Shown here one piece after another: positions 50,654 through 60,574 of a DNA stretch of 64,000 bases (position 1 is the stretch's first letter; each line of letters starts with the position of its first letter). A program made the position numbers and the translations under genes. Under the pieces are notes generated by a model, which saw only the letters and a list, made by a program, of their open reading frames with translations, was not told the DNA's origin and ran no database searches. The DNA comes from Dehalococcoidia bacterium (GTDB taxonomy: Bacteria; Chloroflexota; Dehalococcoidia; Plut-88900): positions 3,072,001-3,136,000 of the forward strand of contig OZ240219.1 of assembly GCA_965197645.1 (NCBI GenBank). The letters run 5' to 3'.

Positions 50654-50705
50654 AATGTACCATTCCTAGGTAATTTTGTCAATATTTATTATAAAAATTA
50701 TTAAT
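50654..50705 (-). promoter_or_regulatory. Sigma70 promoter with AT-rich UP-like tract for the sigma gene
   Basis: Minus strand TTGACA-N17-TACATT; AT-only stretch 50683-50705 upstream. Confidence 0.65.
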
Positions 50706-50780
50706 CGTGCCGTGGGGCGGTTGGATACGGACTGGATGCCGGCCAGTGGTGGGTAAATGTAGGTGGAGAAGGGGCGCGAG

Positions 50781-51767
50781 TCAGGCTCTCTGCGGGGTCG
50801 TGTGCTGGGTCGAACACCTAGGGCCGGTGATCAGCAGATGGCGGGGGGCGGTCTGCTCCTCTTGAGCACTTAACGCAGGGACGTCACCCTTGGAGAGCTT
50901 GGCCGCCTTCAACGTATTCACCAGGAGCATGGCGACAGTCAAAGGCCCTACGCCGCCAGGCACGGGGGTTATGGCCTTGGCCACGTCCTTCACGCCCTCG
51001 AAATCCACGTCTCCCACCAGCCTGTAGCCCCTCTTCCTCATAGGGTCCTTCAGCCGGTGGATTCCAACGTCAACTACCACGGCGCCTTCCTTGACCATAT
51101 CAACGGTGATGCTGTGGGGGCTGCCCGTGGCCGCCACAAGGATATCGCCGAGTCGGGTGATCTCGGGCAGGTTCTTGGTGACGGTGTGGCAGACGGTCAC
51201 GGTAGCGTTGGCGCCCACCTCCTTCTGAAGCAGGGCAGCCGCCAGCGGCCGGCCGACGACGGTGCTTCGACCGCAGATCACCACGTGCTTTCCATCGGGG
51301 GGATGACCTGCCGCCAGCAACATGTGGTGAACGGCAGCGGGGGTGCAGGGCACGAAGCGGGGAGCGCCGGAAAGCAGCAGGCCCACGTTGGTGGGGTGAA
51401 GACCATCCACGTCTTTCAGGGGGTCCACAGCCTCGATGACCTTCATGGTGTCGATATGCACGGGCAAAGGCAGCTGGACCAGAATGCCATGGAACTTGGG
51501 GGAGACGTTGAGCTCATCGATGAGGTGTAGAAGCTCCCCCTCTCCCGTATCAGCGGGAAGGTTGAAGGTGGCGGTGTCGATGCCGGCGTCCTGGGCCGCC
51601 TTCTCTTTGGCCGAGACGTAGGAAGACGACGCCGGATCGTCGCCTACCAGGACAACGGCCAGCCCCGGTGTGATCTCGGAACTGCGGACCAGCTCGGAGG
51701 TCTCATGTCTAACCGACTCCCGCACTGTTCCGGCTATCTTCTTTCCGTCGATTATCTCGGCTGTCAT
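50781..51767 (-). CDS. folD: Methylenetetrahydrofolate dehydrogenase/cyclohydrolase
   Basis: GILVQLPLP, KDVDGLHP, PCTP, ITPVPGGVGP. Confidence 0.97.
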   Translation of the reverse strand: MTAEIIDGKKIAGTVRESVRHETSELVRSSEITPGLAVVLVGDDPASSSYVSAKEKAAQDAGIDTATFNLPADTGEGELLHLIDELNVSPKFHGILVQLPLPVHIDTMKVIEAVDPLKDVDGLHPTNVGLLLSGAPRFVPCTPAAVHHMLLAAGHPPDGKHVVICGRSTVVGRPLAAALLQKEVGANATVTVCHTVTKNLPEITRLGDILVAATGSPHSITVDMVKEGAVVVDVGIHRLKDPMRKRGYRLVGDVDFEGVKDVAKAITPVPGGVGPLTVAMLLVNTLKAAKLSKGDVPALSAQEEQTAPRHLLITGPRCSTQHTTPQRA

Positions 51768-51779
51768 TTCCAGGTCCTA

Positions 51780-51946
51780 TGACAGGGTGTTTCAACACCC
51801 TTACGACCATCCCCCTGCCCCCCCTTCCTGGCCAGGAAGGGGGGGGGAATTACTATCTGAGGGACACCCTCAGACTCCCCCCTAGCAGGCAGTCCCAGAC
51901 AATGGGCTTTGCCCCTCTGCACACCCCAATTTTCATCAACCAACTA
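51780..51946. mobile_element. MITE/REP family B
   Basis: TGACAGGGTG start; CTGAGGGACACCCTCAGACTCC and GCCCCTCTGCACACCCC shared with 32161-32277. Confidence 0.7.
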
Positions 51947-52116
51947 AGCACACCGGACGTGGGGTGGGGTCGCCTACCGGAACGCCGCCTGCCACCGGTC
52001 TCTTCCTACGCTGCGGCTTGTGCAAATTGTAACATAATCCGAAAACAGCCCATTACAACACCGGCAGAGAGGGGCCCAATACGGTGCTATAATGAGTGCC
52101 GGTAGACTGGATATTC

Positions 52117-52989
52117 ATGAGCACATTTTCCGAGACCCTGCAATCGGGCTCCTTCGTAGTTACGGCCGAGATGACCCCTCCCAAGGGTACTGACATCTCC
52201 AGGAATATGGCCGATCTGGAGCACCTCAGGACAGTCGATGCCGTCAACATAACCGATCAGAACGCCTCGGTCATGCGACTCGGCCCGATAGCCCTGGGCA
52301 AGATACTGAAGGACCGGGGCATCGAGCCGATCTGCCAGTTCACCTGCAGGGATAGAAACCGGATAGCGCTTCAGTCCGACCTCCTCGGCGCATCCGTTCT
52401 TGGCCTCGAGAACATCCTTTGCCTGACCGGTGATCCTGCCGGCACCGGAGACCACCCCGACGCCAAGCCGGTATTCGATCTGACGGTAATGGACCTCATA
52501 CGGGCGGCCATTGATCTGGAAAACGGTCAGGACCTGGCAGGTAACCAGCTTCACGGCACACCCCATTTCTGCCTCGGCGCCGCGGCAAACCCCGGCGCTC
52601 CCCCCGTGAAGGAGATACCCCGCATGGGGGAGAAGGTGCAGGCCGGCGTCCGGTTCTTCCAGACCCAGGCGGTCTACGACCTGGACGTCTTCGCCGCCTT
52701 TATGAAGGCTGCCGGCCATCTGGGGGTCCCCGTTCTGGCCGGCATAATCGTCCTCAAGTCGGCGAGGATGGCGAGGTACATGAACGAAAACATTCCCGGC
52801 ATCAACGTGCCCGACCATCTGATAGACGAGGTGGACAAAGCCGGCGACAAGGTGAAGAAAGGGATCGAGATCGCTGCCCGAACCATCGATGGGGTGAGGG
52901 ATTTGTGCCAAGGGGTCCACATCATGCCGATGGGATGGGAAAAGGAAGTGCCCAGAATTCTGGAGGAGTGCGGTCTCGGGCAGCCGTGA
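52117..52989 (+). CDS. metF: Methylenetetrahydrofolate reductase
   Basis: EMTPPKG, TCRDRNR, LTGD, FFQTQAVYD. Confidence 0.93.
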   Translation: MSTFSETLQSGSFVVTAEMTPPKGTDISRNMADLEHLRTVDAVNITDQNASVMRLGPIALGKILKDRGIEPICQFTCRDRNRIALQSDLLGASVLGLENILCLTGDPAGTGDHPDAKPVFDLTVMDLIRAAIDLENGQDLAGNQLHGTPHFCLGAAANPGAPPVKEIPRMGEKVQAGVRFFQTQAVYDLDVFAAFMKAAGHLGVPVLAGIIVLKSARMARYMNENIPGINVPDHLIDEVDKAGDKVKKGIEIAARTIDGVRDLCQGVHIMPMGWEKEVPRILEECGLGQP

Positions 52990-54296
52990 CCCCCGGTTTG
53001 CCAGCAAGCAGAAACCCGGTGTTGATGTGGCGCCGCCTCCCCAGGTGGCGAAAGAACATCCTGCTGCTGACCATCTCTCAAAGCTTCATCGCCGGCAGTT
53101 GGTCCTTTATGTCTCCCCTCTATCCCTTGTTCATCCAGGAAGAGCTGGGGGTGAACGACCCGGCGAAAGCTGCGTTCTGGGCCGGGTTTTCCTCTACGTT
53201 CCTGTCCTTCACCATGGCCACTCTTGGCCCTTTATGGGGCTACCTAGCCGATAGGTACGGGCGAAAGCCGGTGTTGCTGAGGGCCTATCTCGGGGGAGCG
53301 CTGGTCCTGATGCTGAACGGCATGGTCACCAATATTTGGCAGCTCCTGATCATCCGCGTACTGCATGGAGCGCTCTCGGGCAGCGTGGGTTCCGCCATGG
53401 CCCTCGGGGCCTCCGTGGTGCCCAGGAACCGCATTCCCCTGGCCGTAGGCATGCTCCAGTTCGCCGTCTTCTTCGCCTTCACCGTCGGGCCTCTGGTAGG
53501 AGCGATGATCGCCAGCGTGGTCGGCTTCCGGGCGACCTATTTCGTGTCCGCAGGTATAGCTGCGGGCGTCACGGTGATGGTCTTCCTGCTGATCTCTGAA
53601 GAGTTCGAAAGGGCACAGGATAGTCAGGGCAGGGGCTATTCGCTGCTGGCGGAGCTCAAGGAGGTGGTAACCACCAAGGGGGTGGTGCCTGCGCTGGCGG
53701 TGGTCGCCATCGTTCAGGGGGCGCCGGCGATTCTCCAGCCCGTCATACCCGGCTTCATCCAGCTGATAACAGATAGCAGCAGGGCCATTACCGGTTCGGG
53801 GTACGCGTTCGGCGCGCTGGGTCTCACCTCGGGCATCGCCGCCCTGTTCATAGGCAGATACAATGAGCGGCTCAACCTGAGAGCTGTGCTGATAGCCTGC
53901 TGTTTCGGGGCTTCCGCGGCCTTCCTGTCCCAGTTTTTCGTCCACAACTATGTTATCTTTCTAGGGGTAACAGCGGTGATCGGGCTGTTCAGCGGAGGGA
54001 TGCTTACTTCGATAAACTCTATGGTGGGCATGATCATCCCGAGAAAGCACCTGGGAGCGGCCTTTGGCGTAGTCAACTCGGCCAACTCCATGGCTTGGGG
54101 CATAAGCCCCCTGGCGGGCGGCTCGTTGGCCTGGACCATCGGCTTCCGAAGGGTGTTCCCGTCCGCCGCCTTGGTCCTGGCGTTAACCGGAGTAACCGTA
54201 GCCCTGGTCCTGAAGGGGCTCAGAGCGCCCGAGCCGGAACGTCAAACGGTGGCCGCGGCAGGAAAACGCAAGGTCACGAAAACAGTGGGGAGTTGA
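52986..54296 (+). CDS. MFS transporter (DHA1/MdtG-like)
   Basis: WGYLADRYGRKPV motif A, about 12 hydrophobic segments; GTGA overlap with metF. Confidence 0.93.
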   Translation: MTPGLPASRNPVLMWRRLPRWRKNILLLTISQSFIAGSWSFMSPLYPLFIQEELGVNDPAKAAFWAGFSSTFLSFTMATLGPLWGYLADRYGRKPVLLRAYLGGALVLMLNGMVTNIWQLLIIRVLHGALSGSVGSAMALGASVVPRNRIPLAVGMLQFAVFFAFTVGPLVGAMIASVVGFRATYFVSAGIAAGVTVMVFLLISEEFERAQDSQGRGYSLLAELKEVVTTKGVVPALAVVAIVQGAPAILQPVIPGFIQLITDSSRAITGSGYAFGALGLTSGIAALFIGRYNERLNLRAVLIACCFGASAAFLSQFFVHNYVIFLGVTAVIGLFSGGMLTSINSMVGMIIPRKHLGAAFGVVNSANSMAWGISPLAGGSLAWTIGFRRVFPSAALVLALTGVTVALVLKGLRAPEPERQTVAAAGKRKVTKTVGS

Positions 54297-54317
54297 ATAG
54301 ATTCATGGAGGCAAGAT

Positions 54318-55781
54318 ATGGGTACTTCTAACGGAATAGCGGACCGGTACGGCCTCACCCTCAGCACCAGCTCAGCGGAAGCCGCCGAGCGCTACACGGA
54401 AGGAACGGACCTTATCATCTCTTGGAACTACGGCGGCGGTAAGAAGATAAAGCAGGCCATTGAAGCCGACGAGGGGTTTGCCCTCGCGCACGGCGCCCAA
54501 GCTGTCATCCTGTACCTTCAGGGCAAGGCGCCCGAGGCCAAGGCCGCCATCGAGCGTGCCAGGGCGCTGGCCAAGCATGCGACCCGCCGGGAGCAACAGC
54601 ACGTGGAGGCCTTGGCGCTGTACGTGAGCGACGATGGCCCTGGATGCTACTCCATGGTCAAGGAACACCTCGGCGAGTACCCCCGGGACTACTTCCTCCT
54701 GAACGAGATGGGCTTTACCCTCTTGTTCTACGGTTGCAGCATCGCCGGCGTCCCCCGGTACCCCGACGAGCTTCTCTCCCTCTACAAGAGCGTCGAGTCG
54801 GCTTACAGCGACGACTGGGCCTTTCTGGGAATGTACTCCTTCGCTCACCACGAAACAGGAGCGTTCGCCGAGGCGCTGGACCTCGCCGAGCGATCGCTGA
54901 AGCTGCTTCCGATCAATGCCCAGGCTTGCCACTCAGTGGCCCACTCCCTGTTCGAGATGGGCGAGGCGACCGACGGCGACCAGTATCTTTCGGAGTGGTT
55001 GAAGACCTACGACAGACGGGCGCCCTTCCACGTCCATCTGAGCTGGCACCTGGCCCTGTTCCAGCTCGCTCAGGGCCAGTACTCGCGGGTGCTGCAGAAC
55101 TACATGGAAAACATCAGGCCTTCTGTGGTCACGTCCGACGCCTACGCCCTGGACGACAGCGCCTCCCTCATGTGGCGCTGGGAGCTGTACAGCAACTCGG
55201 TCCCGCCGGTGGAGTTCGACGACGTAGTAGAGGTGGCCAAGGAAGCCCTGAAAGGGCCCGGACCGGCCTACCGAGACCTGCACTCGGCACTGGCATTTGG
55301 CACCGCCGGCGACTGGGACAAGCTCAACCAGCTGATAGACCGGCTGCAGGGCGACGCCGACAAAGGACACGTCCTCACTGCTGAGGCCACCCTGCCCGTA
55401 ATCAAGGCGCTCTCCGCCTTCGCCCAGGATGATGTCGAAGAAGCCGTCCGCATCCTCGACCCGTTGTTCGACGGCGCCGGCTTCTACCCGCTGGTACGGA
55501 TAGGGGCCAGCCATGCCCAGCGTGAAGTCTGCGAGGACACTCTCCTGGAGGCGTATCTGTACACGGAGCGGTTCGATAAGGCTGAGAAGCTGCTGGAGGC
55601 CAGGCTAAAGCGAAGGCCCTCGGCCAGGGACCTCTTCTGGCTGAGTAAGGCGCAGGCTGGGAAAGGGAATCTGGGCGGGGCCAGGGCCAACCTTCGCTCG
55701 GCGAGCGAGGGATGGAGCGGCGCCGACTCCGACACCCCGGAGGCCGAAGCAGTAAAGAAGCTGGCGGCGCAGGTCAACTAG
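54318..55781 (+). CDS. TPR protein (TTC38-like)
   Basis: HSVAH, HLSWHLAL, DSASLMWR, IGASHAQRE. Confidence 0.8.
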   Translation: MGTSNGIADRYGLTLSTSSAEAAERYTEGTDLIISWNYGGGKKIKQAIEADEGFALAHGAQAVILYLQGKAPEAKAAIERARALAKHATRREQQHVEALALYVSDDGPGCYSMVKEHLGEYPRDYFLLNEMGFTLLFYGCSIAGVPRYPDELLSLYKSVESAYSDDWAFLGMYSFAHHETGAFAEALDLAERSLKLLPINAQACHSVAHSLFEMGEATDGDQYLSEWLKTYDRRAPFHVHLSWHLALFQLAQGQYSRVLQNYMENIRPSVVTSDAYALDDSASLMWRWELYSNSVPPVEFDDVVEVAKEALKGPGPAYRDLHSALAFGTAGDWDKLNQLIDRLQGDADKGHVLTAEATLPVIKALSAFAQDDVEEAVRILDPLFDGAGFYPLVRIGASHAQREVCEDTLLEAYLYTERFDKAEKLLEARLKRRPSARDLFWLSKAQAGKGNLGGARANLRSASEGWSGADSDTPEAEAVKKLAAQVN

Positions 55782-56295
55782 CCCCGTAGGAGGAACTCGT
55801 TTCCCTCCGGGTCCCGGAAGACCGCGTAGGTGCCCCAAGCCATCTTACGCGGCTCCTCTGGGAGCTCAACTCCCCGCTCCTTGAGGACCTGATAGGTCCC
55901 TTGGACGTCCTCGCACTCGAAGACGATAGAGCTTGTCTCAAAAGTACGGACGTCTTAGTCCCAACCACCCGCCCTCGGAAGGTTTTGTCGCTGGGGGAAC
56001 ATCCCCCAGGCCCCCTGCCGGAGGGAAGTTTCCCTATGGACTCTCTCAAAGCAGGGTTCTGAGACAGGCTGAATAGAGGGCTTTCGTTCCCTCCAGTCGT
56101 CCATGGCGGCCTGGGGATATAGCACCAGGCAGGACTGGGCGCCCTTGGGAGCGACTTCGAGCCAGCTCCCGATCTTGCCCATCGACTGCTCGTTTCGCAC
56201 TTGAAGCCAACCTTGTCCCGCCAGAACGCCTTGGCCTTCTCCTGGTCTTCTACATAGACGGCAACCGTAGCGACCTGCCGGATCATTGGCTTCAT
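55778..56295 (-). pseudogene. VOC/glyoxalase family protein disrupted by frameshift and MITE
   Basis: VAVYVEDQEKAKAFW..GF, frameshift, WLEVAPKG..KPSI, then MITE, then SIVFECEDV..AWGTYAVFRDPEGNEFLL. Confidence 0.88.
55929..56071. mobile_element. MITE family A, inverted copy
   Basis: Reverse complement of 13309..13452 with few changes; GATA/AATA flanks. Confidence 0.92.
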
Positions 56296-56393
56296 CTCCT
56301 ACGAGTCTTGGATGGAGTCCCGAAAACTCTACTTGAGGAGTCCTCGGATAGTGAGCCAGCTATTGATTGGACAAGGATGGTTCAGCGCCGCCG

Positions 56394-57587
56394 TTATCGC
56401 CGGGAGATCAGCCCCGACACCCTGTCCAGCACCACTTCCGACACCTGGGACTTGAGCATCAGAGGCAGCTCTTCAGCCTCACCCCCTGCGCTGATTAGAG
56501 TTACCTTGTTAGTGTCGAAAGCAAAGCCGCTCTGCTCGCCGGTGATGTCGTTGGCCACGATAAGGTCCAGGCCCTTGGCCTTCAGCTTCTTTCGTGCGTT
56601 GTTCAGTAGGTCTTCGCTCTCGGCGGCAAATCCCACCTTCACCAGAGCGTTGTTCTTCAAAGAGCCGAGGATGTCGACCGTCGGCTCCAGGTCCAGGGTC
56701 AGCGATTTGGCGTTCTTCTTTATCTTGGAGTCTGCAGGCGATGATGGCCGGTAGTCGGCGACGGCGGCAGCCATAATCAGTGCGTCGGCCTGTGGCACTG
56801 CGTCGATCACCGCCTTCCTCATCTCCTCGGCCGACTCCACCGGCACGAAATCGACCCCGTATGGTGGCCGTATGCCCGTGGCACTGGAGATGAGGATGGA
56901 CCTGGCTCCCCTGTCCCGCGCACTCTCCGCCAGGGCATACCCCATCTTGCCGGACGACCGGTTAGCCACAATCCTCACCGGGTCGATGGCCTCTCGCGTC
57001 CCTCCCGCCGTGGTCACTACGCAGGCGCCGGCCAGGTCTCCCTTGCGACCCAGAGCCTGCCTGGTCGCCGCTACGATGTCAACGATGGCGGCCACCCGCC
57101 CCTGTCCGACCTGCCCCGAAGCAAGCCGGCCCTCTTCAGGACCGACTACCGTCCACCCTCGAGATATCAGAGTGCTCAGATTATGTTGAGTGGCCGGATT
57201 TTCGTACATGTACCCGTCCATGGCGGGGGCCAACACCACGGGAGAACGGGTGGCCAGGAGGACCAGGGTAAGCGGATCGTTGGACAGTCCGGTGGCCGCC
57301 TTGGCGATTACGTTGGCCGTCGCCGGTGCCACCACTACCACGTCCGCCATGTCGGCCAGGGCGACATGCTCCACCGCCAGCTCGGAGTCGGCGTCGAACA
57401 GCTTGGTGACTACGGAACGGTGGGTAAGGCTGCGGAAGGTGAGCGGAGTGAGGAACTCCTGGGCGCCGTCCGTCATCACCACGTCGACCAGGGCTCCGGC
57501 CTGAGTGAGCCTGCTGGCCAGATCGGCAGCCTTGTAGGCGGCTATGCTGCCGGTGACTCCCAGGACGACATGCTTGTTCTCCAGCAC
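56394..57587 (-). CDS. coaBC: Phosphopantothenoylcysteine decarboxylase/ligase
   Basis: GVTGSIAAYK, APATAN, TAGGTRE.IDPVR, NRSSGKMG, GFAAES. Confidence 0.97.
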   Translation of the reverse strand: MLENKHVVLGVTGSIAAYKAADLASRLTQAGALVDVVMTDGAQEFLTPLTFRSLTHRSVVTKLFDADSELAVEHVALADMADVVVVAPATANVIAKAATGLSNDPLTLVLLATRSPVVLAPAMDGYMYENPATQHNLSTLISRGWTVVGPEEGRLASGQVGQGRVAAIVDIVAATRQALGRKGDLAGACVVTTAGGTREAIDPVRIVANRSSGKMGYALAESARDRGARSILISSATGIRPPYGVDFVPVESAEEMRKAVIDAVPQADALIMAAAVADYRPSSPADSKIKKNAKSLTLDLEPTVDILGSLKNNALVKVGFAAESEDLLNNARKKLKAKGLDLIVANDITGEQSGFAFDTNKVTLISAGGEAEELPLMLKSQVSEVVLDRVSGLISRR

Positions 57588-57588
57588 G

Positions 57589-58356
57589 TCAGCTCCTGTT
57601 CATCTCGTGAATGATTCGCAGTCCATCGAGGGTAAGGTCCGGGTCTACGGCGTGAAATATGCCCGTCTGTTGGGCTATGACGGAAGCCAGCCCGCCGGTG
57701 GCGATTACCCGCGCCCCGTTGCCCATCTCCTTCTGGAACCGGCTGACCAGCCCCTCGATCATCCCGACGTATCCGAATATCATGCCGGACTGCATGCTGG
57801 TCGTTGTGTTCCGTCCTATGGCCCTGTCGGGGGCTACCATCTCGATTCTTGACAGCTTGGACGTGCGGGCGAACAGAGCCTCGGCGGCGATGCTCATGCC
57901 GGGGGCGATGGCGCCACCGAGGTACTCACCATCGCCGGTTATGGCATCGAAGACCGTCCCCGTGCCCAGGTCCACCACTATCACCGGGCCGCCGTACTTG
58001 TGGAAGGCGGCCACCGCATCGGCCACTCTGTCCGCTCCCACCTCTCGGGGGTTATCGTATAGCACCTTCATTCCGGTCTTGACCCCGGTGCCGACTACCA
58101 GCGGCGAGTGGTCCATGTACCGCTGGCACAGCTCTTCGAAGGTACCCGTCAATGGAGGCACGACGCTGCATACCACGGACTCGGAGATCGAGGAGAACTC
58201 TATGCCCCGGTTCGGGAGCATGCCGTTCAGGAGGACGAAATACTCGTCGGTCTGCTTTTGAACGTCAGTGGCGATACGCCAGGTAGCCCTCAGCTCTTTC
58301 CCCAGAAAGACGCCCAGGGTGATGTTGGTGTTCCCGATGTCGATGGCCAGCAGCAT
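57589..58356 (-). CDS. coaX: Type III pantothenate kinase
   Basis: IDIGNTN, EVGADR, DLGTGT, GGAIAPG, ATGG. Confidence 0.97.
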   Translation of the reverse strand: MLLAIDIGNTNITLGVFLGKELRATWRIATDVQKQTDEYFVLLNGMLPNRGIEFSSISESVVCSVVPPLTGTFEELCQRYMDHSPLVVGTGVKTGMKVLYDNPREVGADRVADAVAAFHKYGGPVIVVDLGTGTVFDAITGDGEYLGGAIAPGMSIAAEALFARTSKLSRIEMVAPDRAIGRNTTTSMQSGMIFGYVGMIEGLVSRFQKEMGNGARVIATGGLASVIAQQTGIFHAVDPDLTLDGLRIIHEMNRS

Positions 58357-58412
58357 ATTCGGTCAACCAATTATATAGTGGCGGGAATTGGGCAGGCAAA
58401 CCGGGCGGTCGC

Positions 58413-59969
58413 CTAGCCCTCTTTGAGCTCTTTGATAGCCCTGGGGAGGAGGGGAAGAAGATCGCTGGCGAGGATGCCGGCCTCGCCCAGCTCCTCTCGG
58501 GCCGCGGCGCCGGCCATACCGTGAAGATAAACCCCGCAGGTGGCTGCGTCCCAGGGGGAAAGCCCCTGTGCCATGACCCCGGCTATGGCGCCCGCTAGAA
58601 CGTCGCCGGTGCCTGCGGAAGCGAGGCCCGGGTTGGCGAAGGGGCTCAGCTTGGCGTGACCGTCCGGCCTGGCGACCACGGTGTGAGCACCCTTGAGCAC
58701 CACCACCTTGTTCCACTGCTCCGCCGCTCTCCTGGCCACACCCAGCCTGTCCGACTGTACCTCCCGGTTGGATAGGTCCAACAATCGGCCCATCTCCCCG
58801 GGGTGAGGGGTCAGCACCGTCTGATCGTTGAGGCGCTCCCACCAGCGGGGCTCGTCAGCCAGAGCGTTGAGGCCATCGGCATCGACGACGGTCGGCGGGA
58901 AGTTGGCGCCGTCACGAAGCAGGAGCCGGTGCACCAGCTCCTTGGTCCGTTTTTCCTGCCCCAGGCCGCAGCCCACCAGCAGCGCACTGGCCTCCGGTAG
59001 CTGGTCCGTGATCTGACTGAGGGCCTCGTCGCCCGGCAGTCCCGGCTCGGATTCGGAAAGCGGAAGGTAGGTGGTCTCAGTCAACTGAGCTGCCATGATG
59101 GGGAGGAGGGTCTTGGGGCAGGCTAGGGTCACAATGCCCGCTCCCACCCTCCCAGCCCCATGGCAGGCGAGGGCGGCTGCCCCCACGTAGCTCATGGAGC
59201 CGACCACGGCCAGCACCCGGCCGAAGGCGCCCTTATGGGCATCGTAGGGACGGTCCGGCAGCGAAGAGCGCGCCCCCTCGGGGGTCATCATCTCTAGGGT
59301 GATCCCCTCAGCCAGGCGGGGGTGTATCCCGATAGTGGCCACCGTTACCCTGCCCACCGTTTGGGCACCGGGGAAGGTGAACAGGCCCACCTTGGGATAT
59401 CCGAGGGTTATCGTCAGGTCGGCGCTGAGGGTTGAAGGGTCTACCTGGCCCGAATCGGCGTCCAGCCCCGATGGCAGGTCCAGGGCCACGATCCTCAGCC
59501 TCGATGGGCCGGCCCTGGCATCTCTGACTGCGGCGAAGACCTCTTTCAGGGTCCCTTCTATGGGCCGCGCCTTGCCGGTGCCCAGGACGCTATCCACAAC
59601 GACGTCGGCGAGCCGCAGCATCTGACATAGAGACTCCTGTCCCTTGTCGGACTGAGCTTGCTCCAGCGACACGTCCCTATCAACCAGGGGCTTCAGGTTG
59701 GGATCGGACTCGGGCCGGTTTGTGCAGAGGTAAATGTAGACGTTGGCACCCCAGTCGTGGAGGTGCCGGGCGGCCACCAGGCCGTCGCCGCCGTTGTTCC
59801 CGGGGCCCACCAGCACCGCGATGTGAGCTCCCGCCACTCCGTCCCGCCAGCTGCGGATCTCCTCGGCTACGGCCAGCCCGGCGTTCTCCATAAGCTGGTC
59901 CGTGGAGATCCCCTCGCCGGCGCACCGGGCCTCCAACTCTCTCATCTCGTCGCTGTTGACGATCTTCAT
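58413..59969 (-). CDS. nnr: NAD(P)H-hydrate epimerase/dehydratase
   Basis: LMENAG, GPGNNGGDG, DLPSG, HKG, DADGLN, TPHPGEM, AGTGDVLAG. Confidence 0.96.
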   Translation of the reverse strand: MKIVNSDEMRELEARCAGEGISTDQLMENAGLAVAEEIRSWRDGVAGAHIAVLVGPGNNGGDGLVAARHLHDWGANVYIYLCTNRPESDPNLKPLVDRDVSLEQAQSDKGQESLCQMLRLADVVVDSVLGTGKARPIEGTLKEVFAAVRDARAGPSRLRIVALDLPSGLDADSGQVDPSTLSADLTITLGYPKVGLFTFPGAQTVGRVTVATIGIHPRLAEGITLEMMTPEGARSSLPDRPYDAHKGAFGRVLAVVGSMSYVGAAALACHGAGRVGAGIVTLACPKTLLPIMAAQLTETTYLPLSESEPGLPGDEALSQITDQLPEASALLVGCGLGQEKRTKELVHRLLLRDGANFPPTVVDADGLNALADEPRWWERLNDQTVLTPHPGEMGRLLDLSNREVQSDRLGVARRAAEQWNKVVVLKGAHTVVARPDGHAKLSPFANPGLASAGTGDVLAGAIAGVMAQGLSPWDAATCGVYLHGMAGAAAREELGEAGILASDLLPLLPRAIKELKEG

Positions 59970-59972
59970 TCT

Positions 59973-60356
59973 CTACCTCTGGGAAAGGAGGGAATCAGTG
60001 GCGCCTACCGCCGAAGCTACACCGAACTGCTCCGAGTGGGACAGGCTGATGGCTATCTCGGTGAGCTCCAGCTTGTTGGCTCTTGCCTCGGCCCGGCGGT
60101 GGAGTTGGACCGTGGGTTTGCCGCTTCGGAGGGGCACGATCTCGATCTCTCTCCAGGCGACGCCCCTGTTTCCAGTGCCCAGCACCTTCATTACCGCCTC
60201 TTTCCCCGCGAACCTAACAGCAAGCTCGGGTACGCGGTTGCGGCAGTATTCCCGCTCCTTGGGGGTGTAGACCCGGTTCAAGAACCGCTCGCCCCAGCGG
60301 TCTAGGGCGGCCTGGATACGGTGGATTTCGATTATGTCTACGCCTACGGAAATCAA
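59973..60356 (-). CDS. acpS: Holo-ACP synthase
   Basis: VGVDIIEI, RFAGKEAVMK, SLSHS. Confidence 0.96.
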   Translation of the reverse strand: MISVGVDIIEIHRIQAALDRWGERFLNRVYTPKEREYCRNRVPELAVRFAGKEAVMKVLGTGNRGVAWREIEIVPLRSGKPTVQLHRRAEARANKLELTEIAISLSHSEQFGVASAVGATDSLLSQR

Positions 60357-60574
60357 GTCGATAACGCCAAGCCGGACGATGGGGAACGGGCCAGGATGTT
60401 CGGGTGTGTGGATGCCCGATTCAGAGTATAGCACAACGAATTCACGGTTAGATTGACTCGCTCAGAATTGGGGAGTTAGAATCAGCTATCATGCGTCGCC
60501 GCCGGAGACGGTAATACATTGACGACGCCAGCACTCCCGTGACCAAGACCAGATATGGATAACACTTCTACACT

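Noticed and set aside
49691-50704. 337-aa plus-strand ORF
   Set aside because: Antisense shadow of the sigma factor.
13309-56071. CRISPR array from the palindromic repeats
   Set aside because: Repeats are dispersed with TIRs and TSDs; no regular repeat-spacer period and no cas genes.
60435-60574. T-box leader before valS
   Set aside because: Leader is short, with a GCGTCG...CGACGC hairpin but no TGGNACC T-box or terminator.
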